In this document: positions 44,592-57,944 of the stretch, in pieces
How positions within the stretch are numbered: the first letter of the stretch is position 1
Layout: the number at the start of each line of letters is the position of its first letter
From: Hormiphora californensis
Taxonomy: Eukaryota > Animalia > Ctenophora
Direction of reading: 5' to 3'
Assembly: GCA_020137815.1 (NCBI GenBank)
Contig: CM035352.1
Location: forward strand, 5,332,001 to 5,396,000
DNA: 64,000 bases
Program-made: the position numbers and the translations under genes
Notes under the pieces: model-generated
The model's input: only the letters and a program-made list of their open reading frames with translations
The model's database searches: none
What the model was told of the DNA's origin: nothing

Positions 44592-47500
44592 TCACACGTC
44601 ACTGGATAGACGTCGCTTTACTTCCCCCAGATAAGGGTTATCAAATGGTTTTGATGGGTTGGGATCATCCGGCATGAGGGGTGCAATACCCCCTGGCCTG
44701 TCGACGAACTCCATCTGTCCCACGGTGGACGGGTACAAGATGAGAGCTGCAAAGAAATCCTCGATTATGTTTCCATTTATGTTGTATATTGCCCGTATTT
44801 GGGCACGTTGGACGGTCAGGATGGTCGCGAAGGCCATGTAGAACACCCAGGCCAGGGAGAAAATTCCGTTAAGTTTGACCGAGTCGTCGGAGTTGGCGAC
44901 GATCTGGGCAATGAGTAGGGCGAGCCAAACTACCCAACACACGGTGAGCGCCACCGCATAGGTAACGGGGCCTGTTTGGTTGTGGTTTCGTCTGATGTAG
45001 AATACCGATAGTGGCCTGTATTGGGGGGATTATAGTTGGAGGAGAGAAGCTGAGAGAGAGATTATCAGCATTACAGTTACTCAACAACTAAGTACACCTT
45101 AGTGGCTCTTTATTCTGTTATTGTACTACTATCTAGGTGCAGGTAACTCACGTGAGGAAGATGTTTTTGAAGAATGAGAGGATGTATTTTGATTTGAAGG
45201 AAGTGAAGGGATCGATTAGAGCCATTCCGAAATCAGGTCCATAGGGATCGAGGTCTCCGTGCTCCATTGCTAGAGCCCTCCACAGAGCGGGGCACAGGAA
45301 ACACAGAATGATCGTGTAGGGAAGTCCAGATACCACGCTTGCAGTCTAGAGGGGGAAATATCGTTGACGGAACACATAATATTTGTTATTGTTTTTTGCT
45401 ATAGATCGTCATCTAAGAACTAAGACCTGGGGTTCAAAGTTTGATGAAGTTTAGGGAAAGACATTTTTGTAAAGCAAATCATGGATAACTCTGTAGTACC
45501 TGAAGAGCGCCCAGAGCATTTTCACCTCCGGCCACAAGAAGGGCAGTTGCCGTAGCGCCCTCAACCAACGCCCAGAACACCCTTTGAGGGATGGGCGGGT
45601 CTTGGCATCCATTAGCGCTCATAATATCAATCACAAGACTCCCTGAAACAAGTGTGTGTAGATGTTCTACCTGACCCAATAAAACATGTAACTTGCACAA
45701 AAACAAATTCAAAAGTTTCAACATTCAGTTTTGTCCTGGTACCTGAGTCGCTGCTGGTGACAAAGTAGAGAACGAGGCCGATCATTGACAGTACCCTCAA
45801 GAAGGGTCCCATGTCCAGATAGGTTGCCATCATTGCAAACCACATCTCCTCACTTGCCATACAGGACAGTCTGGCTAGTGTCGTGTTGTCACTTCCAGGG
45901 TACTTTCCTAACCACTTCTGGTTGTCCACCAGGTATTGTGCTACCTGAACTGGACCCACCCCTGAGTTGTCCGCCAGGTATCCGTCTATTATCTCCCATT
46001 CGCAGTCACCGCAGGTGGAGTCAACGCCGCACGGGGTGAACTCGGAGTTGCCCCGATTTGCGGCACCACTAACTGCTCCCATCTGAGGATAATGGTTTAA
46101 AGTTCTGGTATTTCCAATACTGATGATGGTTCGAAGATGAGTTTCAAGGATTTTATCGACTGCTAAACTTACAACAGAACTGTCTGCCAGGAGTGTGTAA
46201 TTAAAACTAACACAGCAGATTCCGTCTTCTGCTGCCATTCTCTCCATCTTGATACCCGCTCCTCCGAAGATGGTGAGCCACAGGAAACTGTAGATCATGG
46301 GAGCAGTCATGGTGCCTGATGGGGGAAATTAGAGCTGTCAGAATACTAGGAATCATACATCCTCTTCCAAAGACCAAGAAGGGGGGTGTTTACAACTGAC
46401 CGTTGATGAATTGTCGAAGGGTCCGTCCCCGGGATACTTTAGCAATGAACATGCCCACAAAAGGAGACCAGGAGATCCACCAACCCCAGTAGAAGATAGT
46501 CCAGTCATCCATCCAATTCACTGGACCGTCTCCCTCTCCATCGGTAAATGCTCGACCTGAACAAAACCACAAAATAACACACAACAAGCCACAACATGAC
46601 AAGTCACAAGATAAGGAGTTAGCTAGAAGTAGATGCATCCCCAAGTCCCCTACTGGTATATCTACCTCGATCTGCCGCTCCATAAGATGTGGAACTGAGT
46701 TCGAAGGCGTCGCAATGGAATCCTAGCTGTATAATCCACTGAAAATAGTAGCCGACGCTCTGACAGTAGAGATTAAGTAGGAACCTGGGACAGACATCGT
46801 TTTGCGACTTGGTTATGTTCTAAGTTCTAACCCTTCTTAGGAAGGCAAACGGAGACATTTACTTTTAGACACTTACTTTTAGACATTTACTTTTATTAGG
46901 GCGTAAAAATGTATCGGTTCACCAGAAACAATCTTAACTTGACTCTATGACTCAACAATGAGTATGATCTTACCACGTGTCTTCCATAAAGACGACCATC
47001 ATCATGATCACCATTCCAAGACCGAAGCAGATCTCAGAAAGTCGCCTGATGCCCACACCAACTCCTGATACCACAGATATGGTAGCAATAGCAGTGATAC
47101 ACCAAATAATTATCACTTGGTTTTGTGTTGAAATCTCAATATCTTCGTTGATTATGTTCAAACCTTATCGGGAAATCATAATTATGAAGGTTATCAAACG
47201 TTAGCAATTCATCCATCGCAAGGTGAGTGGTGACTCTCCTTTAACCTCTTAGCCACGAAATTAAACCTCAGTTATCTGTTATAACTACCAAGTTCATCTC
47301 GTCTTATTCATGCTATTGTTGATCTCTTACCTCTATTCAGCTGCATGGTACCGAAACCAAGGGAGGTGCACACTCCAAACAATGTCGTCATGATGGAGAA
47401 AGTATCAATGAGATCCCCGATGGGACCAAAGGCCCTGTCTCCGAGAATCGGATAAAAACACGACTTCATTGTCATCGGTAGACCCTTCCTGGGGGTAACA

Positions 47501-49530
47501 AGTGTGTAAGATAATTAACAGTTGGGAAAGTTAGCCCTTTCTCCTAGTCCCCTAATTCTCGTGCTTTACAGCACACTGTCAATCTCGTGTATATCATTCT
47601 CTTTTGCATACAAAATTGGGTACTCAAACATTGCAGTGGGTGGTTACAATTTATAGAAATCACCTACCTGAATGACATGATCCCAATCACCATGCCAACC
47701 AAAACATATACAATCCAGCCGTGTATTCCCCAGTGAAACAGTGTTAGGTTGATAGCGTTCTGGGCCAGCTCGTTGTCTGTCATGTACTTGTCAGCTGAGT
47801 AACGGTTACCCCCGGTGTAGTGCCAAATAGGCTCCGCTACCCCGAAGAAAAAGAGGCCCACTCCAACACCACACGCGAACAGCATTGCAAACCAAGTGGC
47901 GTCGTTATACTCTGGTTTTTCGTTATCTTGACCTGAGAGGGATTCCAAGTTACACCTTAACTGAACTCGAAATTTTCGATTGTTCTGGAACTGTAGGAGT
48001 TGGAAAGTTTGTACCTGACCCGTACATTAGATCACTCTAAGAATAGATCGAGAATCTAATGAGGGTCGGATACAAACTAAACAAACTATAAAAAGTGACT
48101 TCATGATTCTCGAAGAGTTTGTTTTTTCTTTGAGGCTCAGCCCCGGGTAAGGGGAGAGAGTTTGTTTACACTGACTAATAGTCTCCATCCTAGGGGTCAC
48201 GAATATATTGAGATCACTTACCAAGTTTCATCTTGCCATATTTACTAAAGTAAACAGCAAGGATGACAATAGCCCAAATGTCCTGAGATCCAATGTAGAG
48301 CCAAGAGAAGGTGAATGTTGTCCAGGATTTGGCCGAAGTAAACGCATTTCCCGCATCTGAAAGAAGGGGAATCTTAGATCTATATCAAATACTCTTCTGT
48401 CAGCTAAATCTCACTATCCAAATGCATAATTAAGATTTGACACCTTGATGGCTATTTCTAATAGAGAATCTATCCTACCAGTACCAGTACCATTTTAGTA
48501 GCTGGTAAAAGAGACCTGTCGAACAGCAATTAGGAACTAGAGAACCTCTGTCAGAGCGTGTCAGAGCCATACATGGTATAGTTAGGGTGGAAGAAGGAAT
48601 AGCACCACCGGTGGTTCTATTCCTTCTTGATTACCATTACAAGTTAAAGCTACCCTCTGGAAATGTGAAAGTGAGCAAACTGGGAAAAAGGAGAATATCC
48701 CAATATCTCCCCCATGTCTGGAACAACCTACCGGAGAACCTTAGAGACGCACCTTCAGAGGACTCCTTCCGTATTCGCCTGAAGACCTACCTGTTCGATG
48801 CTACTGTTACCTTCTCTGAAAGACCTTATCTGGTTTTCGACGTCAGTCTTTAATAATTTCTTTTCGGTTATTCATTAGTCCCCGTTTCTCACACGGTCAC
48901 CCCTGCTGCTGTCACATATTTCTTTATAATCTAAGATACTTTTCAGTTTATCATTTTTGTTATTATTTTTTCTGATTATACTTGTCACCCACAGTCACCA
49001 AGTGTTGAGAGTTAATAAAGTCTACTATATATGTCAGTTATTAGTCACCAGTATGAGTTACCTTTTAAGACCTTTTGTCAACCAATATGTCAAGATAGGA
49101 TGAGAGAACCGCTATGAATGGCAACTGCTCTTCGAACCAATCGAGAGTACTTGTCTATTTAGCCGGTATATAAATCCATTTTGTTGTTGTTGTTGTTGAT
49201 TGGGTGCCAAGAGAAGGTATCCTTAGTGACCACCAAGTGATGGTGACAGAAAATAAGGCACAACTAAATTGAGTTGTTCATACTACGTCTGAATACGTCA
49301 AGTCTGAACAAGTCGAGTCTGTCTAACTTACGTGTTGGTTCAAGAATGCACCACAAGATGAATGCTACAATCGCTACAATAGCAAGCATCGTTACAACTG
49401 GGTTCAGCTCGAGCCTGAAGAACCGTCCACACTGGACTCGGAACCAATAGTGGTCCACATTTATCTTCGAGTTCCTCCAGTTCCGTTTCTCGTATTCCCC
49501 GTTAGGGATAGTCGGAATATCGTCCGCCAT
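44592..49530 (-). CDS. BCCT-family (BetP/OpuD-like) transporter, paralog 1, 12 exons
   Basis: [22 protein letters not shown]; [11 protein letters not shown]; GVCTSLG; [33 protein letters not shown]; [14 protein letters not shown]; ALGALQ..GLPYTII; GT-AG introns. Confidence 0.95.
48587..49198 (+). mobile_element. 3' fragment of an L2/CR1-group LINE in BCCT1 intron 1
   Basis: [29 protein letters not shown] fits the typical ORF2 C-terminus; it is followed by a 3' UTR and a (TTG)n tail. Confidence 0.8.
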
Positions 49531-49660
49531 TCAACTGAATCAGCTGGTTATACAAAGAATTTAATCAGACAAGACAAGAATAGTATGTTGGACTGTCATG
49601 AAGGGAGACATATATATATATCGGGAGAGAGATCTTATCGGACAGAGAGAGATCTTATCG

Positions 49661-49698
<38 letters not shown>

Positions 49699-51180
49699 TC
49701 TTATCGGGGAAACAAGCATCAAGGGGAATCGTATTGGACACCGAGATATTAGTAGTACAAGAAGGGGATGCAAATCAGTGGAATTACTTGAAGATAGATA
49801 TCATATCACATAATATTACTCCAATATGTATGTACAGTAATATATATCGAGAAGAATTCAGACTGGTTTACAAGCAGTCACTGACGACCACTACACACAT
49901 CGATCTGCAATCAGGCATCTTCAGCTCGCCCTCTCAATGTTTATAATCTTTGCATGTTGATTGCTTTAAATGCCAACAAGCATTCTAATACATATATAGA
50001 GCCCGTCTCTCAGTCAAACTTAAAAGATACTTGGAAAGTCCTCATCAGCTATTGCTAAGAAATAAAACTTTAACAACCACATACACAGCACAACTTCAAT
50101 TACTGGAAAATTAATAGTAATACAAATTGAAACCTTAAAAGAGGCTTTTTCTTAAAAGAGGCCATTCGGGGGAAATTGTTCCCACCACACCTGGGAATGT
50201 TCGGGATACAATGTTCCCCTTTTCACTCTACCACACCTCTTTCAAACTCTGCAAGTATATCGGGATAGTGGAACGCCATAGAACACGTCCCTCCATTGGT
50301 AACATAGTGCCACTGGTGCTGGTCTCATTAGATAATTGATAGTTGCTGCGTGCGGAAGTTATCGCACCGAAAGAGCTATAGCCCCTGCAGTCGGTTTAAT
50401 GCTGTTTTAAAATACAATACAATACAAGGTGCTGCAACTGAAAAATCGAAAAACACCGAAATAATGCCATGTCCGAAATGAGGGCATCTTAAGCTTATAC
50501 AAACTCGATCATCAGGCGGTATATAATTATATTCCAGTGCTAATACCTAACATATATATCGAGGACCTCCAACTGCAAATCAAATTTAATGGAAAAGGAT
50601 ATGATAATAATTCAGAATCCTATTTTACAAGCTCTGTATAATAACACCGGTATGCGTGTTTAGAGAATCCCATATGGCCGTGTTCTTATGTAAACAAAGA
50701 ATCACGCAAAATATATGGGAAGGGACCGAGCTCACGGAGAGGGATATATCTGAACCAGGGCGGTGGTATGGTATTGTCTCGAATAGGTATGCAGCTGTAT
50801 ATATTCCCATAACAAGTTTCCTGATATTAATTGTTGAGTAAACATATCTCAACAAGATATTATTGGATGCCTATTGCCTAGTGGCTACTGCAGATATAAA
50901 AACGTTCATATATGCAGTAGGTATCATGATAGCTATAATAGTGAACACTCTCGGATATAGTTGTTGTTACTCAACAAGGATATTATAGCATATAATAATG
51001 TCGAAATATATATACTCATAACTTTTACATAATATTATCTCACTTCAGTATCTGGAATTCCAGTATCCACTGCATATAATATAAACAAAGTGAATTAAAT
51101 TAGCCTATTTACTAAAAGCTGAAAGTCAGCCATATTCTCTGGGTCATATCGAAATCTGTCTTTTTACTAATTATTGTCAT

Positions 51181-54100
51181 TTAAGCCTTTGTCTCCTGTT
51201 GTGAACGGTAGTGATTTACCACAACTCGCTCCTGTGGGTTTGGGTTGTCCGGCATGATGGGAGCAATACCGTCCGGCTTACTGACTGTTTCCAGCTGGGT
51301 AGCTACACAGGGGTACAGGATCAGTGAGGCGAAGAAATCCTCGATAACGTTGCCGTGAATTCCGTAAATACTCCTGATCTGGGCTCGTTGGACGGTGAGG
51401 ACAGTAGCAAATCCAAGGTAGAAGATCCAAGCGAGGGAGAAGATTCCCCCTAGTTTCACTGTTTCTGGATAGGTATTGTGGATGATCTGGGCGATGATGA
51501 GGGCCACCCATGCGAACCAACAGACAGCCAACTGGACAGCGAACATCACTCCATTGCTTAGGTTGTGATTCTTACGTACGTGGAATACAGTGAGCGGCCT
51601 GTATAATATAGAGAGGGGTTTCAGTAATTTAAAGTTTAATCGAGCTCTTTCCAATAAAACTAAAAGAATGATAGCCGATCAATGACAGCTCTTCGCAAGA
51701 CCACACAGGGAGTTCTGATTGAAATGATTCATTGACATACTTATAAAACATGTTATACTTATAAAACATGTCCATCAAATACTTACGTCAAGAAGATATT
51801 CTTGAAGCCCAGGATGAAAGGTTTTGCTTTAAAGGAAGTGATAGGGTCCACCAGCGCAATGGCAAAGTCTGGTCCATAGGGGTTGATGTCACCGAACTCA
51901 AAGGCCAGAGCTCTCCATAGAGCAGGGCAGAGGAAGCAGAGAATGATGGTGTAGGGGAGACCTGCTGCCACGCTTGCAGTCTGAAACCATGTTGAAATGT
52001 CATAGCTAGGATCTTGGAATATTCTTTGGATATCTTTGCTATCAGAGCTAGACAAGATACTACAGCTCCTTAGTTCTTCAACCAGTATCACAAATCAAAG
52101 GTATTTTAAACCTACCTGGAGAGCACCCAGAGAGTCTTTACCCCCTACTACAAGAAGGGCAGTTGCCGTAGCACCCTCAACTAAAGCCCAGAATATCCTC
52201 TGAGGGATTGGTGGTTCTTGGCAACCATTGGCAGACATGATATCAATAACAAGACTGCCTGGAAATAGAGGTGGCTTTCTTAGGTCATGAAAGTGGGAAG
52301 TTTCCACTGGGAACCCACTTAATTGAACTAAATAAAAGTAGAAATCTTGTCGCATCATGTTCGTCTCAAGGGGAGCCTCGATCGGTTACCTGAATCTGAG
52401 CTCGTTACAAAGTAAAGGATGATGCCAATAAGAGATATGATACACAGGAAGGGTCCCATGTCATCATATGTTGAGATAAGGGCAAACCACATCTCCTCAC
52501 TGCCCATACAGGAGAGCCTTGCAAGGGACTTATCATCACTGCCAGCATACTTGCCCAGCCAGTTCTGGTTGTTAACCAGGTACAGTGCTACTGCGGAGGC
52601 ATCCACTCCAGTGTTGTCCGCCATGAAGCCGTCAATAATTGCCCACTCGCAGTCAGAACAGCTGGTCTCGTTTCCACAGGGGTTGAAGTTGGGGTTGGTT
52701 CGGGTTGGGGCACCAACAGACGCCATCTGAAGAATATCCAATGTTAGGAATAGAACCGTATTCAATTCATACAAGTATGTTAAATTCTTGTTTGAAACAT
52801 CGAGAAGCTTACCAAGGTACTGTTGCTAAGTGCGTTGTAATCGAAGGAGACGCAACAAATGTCATTCTTTGCAGCCAACCTCTCTGTCCGAATGGCGGCT
52901 CCTCCGAAGATGGTGAGCCACAGGAAACTGTAGATCATGGGTGCAGTCATGGTGCCTGACGGAGAATTAGATATCGAGGTCAAAACAATGGATTAGTGAC
53001 TTGTTTTATGGCAGATGTAACTTTCTGACTTCCTACCGTTGATGAATTGTCGAAGGGTCCGTCCCCGGGATACTTTAGCAATGAACATGCCCACAAAAGG
53101 AGACCAGGAGATCCACCAACCCCAGTAGAAGATAGTCCAGTCGTCCATCCAATTCTGTGGCCCATCACTGGCACCATCCTCATAGACTCGGCCCCTGTCC
53201 TCCGACCCGTAGGACCTGGAACTCAACTCAAAGGCGTCACAATGAAACCCAAGCTGAATGATCCATTGAACGTAGTACCCAAAGCTCTGACAATAAAGAT
53301 TCAACAGGTACCTAGCAGAGGAAGGGAATCCATGAACTTTCAAAATCTCTCCACAAAATATTAAAAATTTGTTGGAAGGTGTTATAATTTAGTTCCATTC
53401 GCAACAAAATTTTTCTAAAAATCCACTGGTAAAACGCTCACCAGGTGTCCTCAAGGAAGAACACCATCATCATGATCACCATTCCAAGACCAAAGCACAT
53501 CTCAGAAAGTCTCCTGATGCCCACACCAACCCCGGATGCCACGGAGAGTGTTGCCAGGGCCGTGATGCACCAAATGATAATGACCTGATTCTCTGTGCTC
53601 ACCTCGATACTATCATTGATGAAGTTCAGTCCTGATTGGATAAGGAGTTTAATTCTAGCAGTCATTCTGACATCTGGGTAGACGACTTACCCTTGTTGAC
53701 CTGCATGGTACCCAGACCCAGGGAGGTACAAACTCCAAACAGGGTCGTCAGAATGGAGAAGATGTCAATGATGTCTCCCATCCATCCGAAAATCCTGTCC
53801 CCCAATAACGGGTAAAAACACGACTTCATTGTCATCGGGAGACCCTTCCTGTAGGAGTTTAACTTTCAGTTAGTTTTCCTGATTTCAGGGAGCGAAGTAA
53901 GATGGTTATTTCGACAATGTTTTACCTGAATGCCATGATGCCAAGTATCATTCCCACGATGACGTAGACAATCCAGGCGTGGATTCCCCAGTGGAAAAAG
54001 GTGAGGTTCATCGCGTTCTGGGCCAGCTCGTTGTCTGTCATGTACTTGTCAGCTGAGTAACGGTTAGCCCCGGTGTAGTGCCAAATAGGCTCCGCTACCC

Positions 54101-54855
54101 CGAAGAAAAAGAGGCCTACTCCAACACCACAAGCGAACAGCATTGCAAACCAAGTGGCATCGTTGAACTCCGGTTTTTCGTCATCGTTTCCTAAAGGGTT
54201 TTTTTGAGTAGTACTAAAGAAAATGGGATATGATTTGAAACCTTTGCTTTCAAACAATCCAAGATAAAACAATATGATATAGTAAAAAGCTCTTACCAAG
54301 TTTCATCTTGCCGTATTTACTAAAGTAAATCGCAATGATAAGGATAGCCCAGACGTCCTGAGAGCCAATGTAAAGCCACGTAAAAGACGCGGTAATCCAA
54401 GTCTTGGCTGCACTGAACGTTGTATTTGCATCTGAGGGGCAGATTAGGGTAACAACAGGGCTGTGAAAAATTGTTGTTCTATAAAATTTAGCAAAAATGT
54501 CACGGTTTGTTGAGTAACTCAACATGAAGTCATGGTTGATTCCTCCCTGGATATACTAACGTTCTTGTGCTAGGATGCACCAGCAGATGAAAGCCAAGAT
54601 AAGTAGAAAACTGAAGATGGAGACAACAGGATTGAAAGCGAGTCTGAAGAAACGTCCCCAGGACAACCGGAACCAAAGACTCTTGTCTTCGATCTTGGCA
54701 TTACGCCAGTTCGGCCTGGCATCCTCCTCATTAGGTATTTCTCCGGGTGGAAATTCCCCGGGCGGAGCTGGGTAGAAATTATCAACCGAGATGGGTATCT
54801 TGGTTGGGTTGTCTGAAGATGGACAAGGATTAGGCGAGACTCTGTTATCCATCAT
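51181..54855 (-). CDS. BCCT-family transporter, paralog 2, 11 exons
   Basis: Same signature motifs as paralog 1 and shared intron positions except one; intact reading frame to the stop at 51181. Confidence 0.95.
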
Positions 54856-57159
54856 GAACTGTATGAGTCAGTGACACTAAACGAAATATGCACTTCAAAT
54901 GAGCATACATATCGTTACCAAGGGAGATAGTGCAGCTCTCTCTCCTCGTGAAAAACGAGGTTTATTGCCTAATGACTAGCATGCATAAAATAATAATACA
55001 CCTCTCTATCCGAAAAAAACTTCATTGTTTCGTCCAAAGATCGCATTGGTATGTGGTGGTATAATAACGCCATAACCCCGACATTCAACATTGGGTCTTA
55101 CCTGTGCCGTTCATGACAGCTAGAAGCCGAGTCTTTTACACACTTGCTCTACAGAGTGGGATACGAAAATGATATAGCAAGAGAAAGCAGGTGGTAGTAG
55201 TAGGATCAAAGAACAAATTGAACACGTTATGGCAATCTTCAAATATATTGGCAGTATTCTAGAACTCTATATTCACTCTATATTCACCCTCACCGTCAAG
55301 CAGCGTATATAATAGTGATGCATGACTCTATGCTAAAGACCCAATTTTCGCGTCGGGTTGATAGGGAGCAGAGAAAAACAGGAGAATTTATCGCATGGAG
55401 AGAAAGGTAGCAAGTTTCTCTTTGATTGATTGTCTGCTCCTCAACATATTATAAAGCTCGCACTCAAGCTAGGGGTCACATCATGAGTTTGGGATCGAGA
55501 GTGTCTCAATTCGAATGAAGATTAGAAACGTACCGGGCAAAACAATTTGCAAGAAGAGAGGCTAGAGTCGTCTCATTTTGGGTTGGGAGGAAAATATCAT
55601 CACCTCAATAGATCGATACAAGCGGGGGATGTTTTTATTGGAGGTGTTTGCAAGAGAGAGAGGTAGAGGTGCAAAGAGCGGATGTCGGGAAATCACAAGT
55701 GATCGCGAAATCTTGACAAAAATACACAGATCCACGGTGCAAGTGGTGAGTGTGTACCGGGACTATCGTCACAACACATGCATATATTTCTGATCGCAGA
55801 AAGCAGCTGGGATAAAATAAACAATATGGCGGAAGGGTTGGGTTGCAGCTTTATTGGGTCATGACTGGATGTACTCCTCTTAGGTTGGTTTCGGATATCT
55901 AATCAGAACAGTCGACCTAAAACAAACAAGTTAACTGCATGGTCACCTTGAGTGTGACTACAAATGAGGAAGTGAAATTTCTGCTTGTGAGATCCACATA
56001 TACTCCATGTCCTCTTTAGCGGAGAAGAAAGAATGTTCCTTAGTCTCGGTCCTTTTCGCTGAATAAAACAAAATCAAGAATGAATGACAAATCAACCGCC
56101 TTGATCCTCGCGGAGGATCACCCCCTTCCCTTTGTGATAATAGAGATGGTTGTTCAGGACGATAGTTGTTGAAATGATGCTAGTGAAGAAGAAGGGAAGG
56201 ATTGATTGTTACAGAATAATTAGCGAAGGAACCTTTCAAGATCAATGCTGGTTCCTAACTCGATCTCCCAATAATCCTAAACAAACAGCATTTCTTTGGG
56301 CCTCAACATAGCCTTCGGTGACACTAAGGACGCGGAGAGGTCGCGAGAAAAAAAACAGCATTTCTTTTACACAAGCTCCGTTCTCTCAGTTAGACAAATT
56401 TTAGGGCCGACAAGATTTATGATCCAAGTAAAACAGCTCGATCAGTCTGCTTCTAGAGTTTAATATCCCTGCTTACATGGTAGTTGGGTGGCGCCCTTGT
56501 TGGGACAGCTCTGCTTCCCAGTTGTTTGGCACAGGGAGGACTCGTGGTTTTAACTGCTTACAGCAAACAATAATAGGGTGGCATAGAATAACTAGCATGA
56601 TGTTAGAAGCTTTTTTTGTAGGATATACTGCCGCTTACTCAATATACTTGTTCAACAACAATATATACATTTCTGGATATTCTGGCAAGATATACTAACT
56701 TATAGATAGAGAGGCTCTCGGTGGTAACTGGTATCACTACCATACAGTGCAATATCAAATACCAGGATTAGTTCTCATTAAAAAGCTCATTTAAACAAAA
56801 CAAGCAATTATCTGACAGGGAGTTTATTAATACGATCTCAGCAGCTCTATTCATGGAATTGCTGGTATTTCAGAAGTAGAGAAATGACACTAAATCATGG
56901 TATACATCCACAATAACTATAGCTGAAGTGCATACATAAAAAGAATATTGTATGCCATTATTCCCTCTGTAAATACTAAACGACCAACTGTATTGTTGCA
57001 GCAGCAAATTGACGCCTGCAAGCATTGTTTTAGAATGATAAATCCGGAGTCTGGTATAACTTTAGCACCTTGAAGGTTAAAATTTCAATAGAATGTACCA
57101 GAAAGACGGTAAGCCGGAATTCCGTGAGAAAATATTCTCGTATATTTTGAATATTTAAT

Positions 57160-57944
57160 TCGGACCCCGATTTACCGGAGCCCCGATTTACCTGTATGGC
57201 GGCGCCATACCCCATTTGATTCTCAACTATGACAGTGCGCACAGATGTGGTCGCGGTTGGCTCCAATGCAACCTATTCTCGCTCCGCGAAGAATAGGCTC
57301 CCGGCCCGTGGACAGCAAGAACTCACGTGCGCGCGATGTAAAGCACGTTTTTCAGCAAATCCCGCGCGACAGACTGTTTTGGGAGACCTTTTTAGCTGAC
57401 CTAGCACTACTCAAACGTCAATTACCGCCTCATTTCGCATCGTGATGAATCGGCGGGTATTTTCCCATGCTCACAGGGCCATGACGATTCTCCCAGTACC
57501 CGCAGATTGTCCCAGGACCGAGTAGGAGCTTGCAGCCAGGTCTTTAAAGAATTGCCCATGTTTAGAGTCAATTTTGACCCACTATTCCTCAAATGCTGAT
57601 ACTCGCGGGTATTTTCCGTAAAACTAGAGACAATTACCTGCCAGGAGCAACAAACGAGATATAAATCGGTTCAGTAGTTCCTTGCAGCCAGGTCTTTGAA
57701 AAAGTTTGCTCTAAAATCAATAACGGGCCGGAGGCCTAGATGTGAGATCGATCTCGGTCGCTGCGCGACCTCGATCTCACTCAGGCATCAATGTGGCCAA
57801 TGGTCGCGGCACCAGACAGCGATTTACCGGGAGAATTTATAAACTTCCCCTGAAATAGGAAATTTACAGTATTTGACCCGGGCACCCAGATTTACCGGGC
57901 AAAACCCTTTCCTCTGAACATCCCGGTAAATCGGGGTCCGACTG
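57160..57944. mobile_element. MITE carrying a nested insertion
   Basis: TIR TCGGACCCCGATTTACCGG / CCGGTAAATCGGGGTCCGA. Confidence 0.85.
57192..57819. mobile_element. 628-bp nested element with 8-bp TSD
   Basis: TSD CGATTTAC at 57184-57191 and 57820-57827; imperfect TIR CTGTATGG / CCAGACAG. Confidence 0.8.

Noticed and set aside
44592-54855. BCCT genes as bacterial contamination
   Set aside because: They have 10-11 spliceosomal introns, a LINE fragment inside an intron, and are contiguous with animal genes
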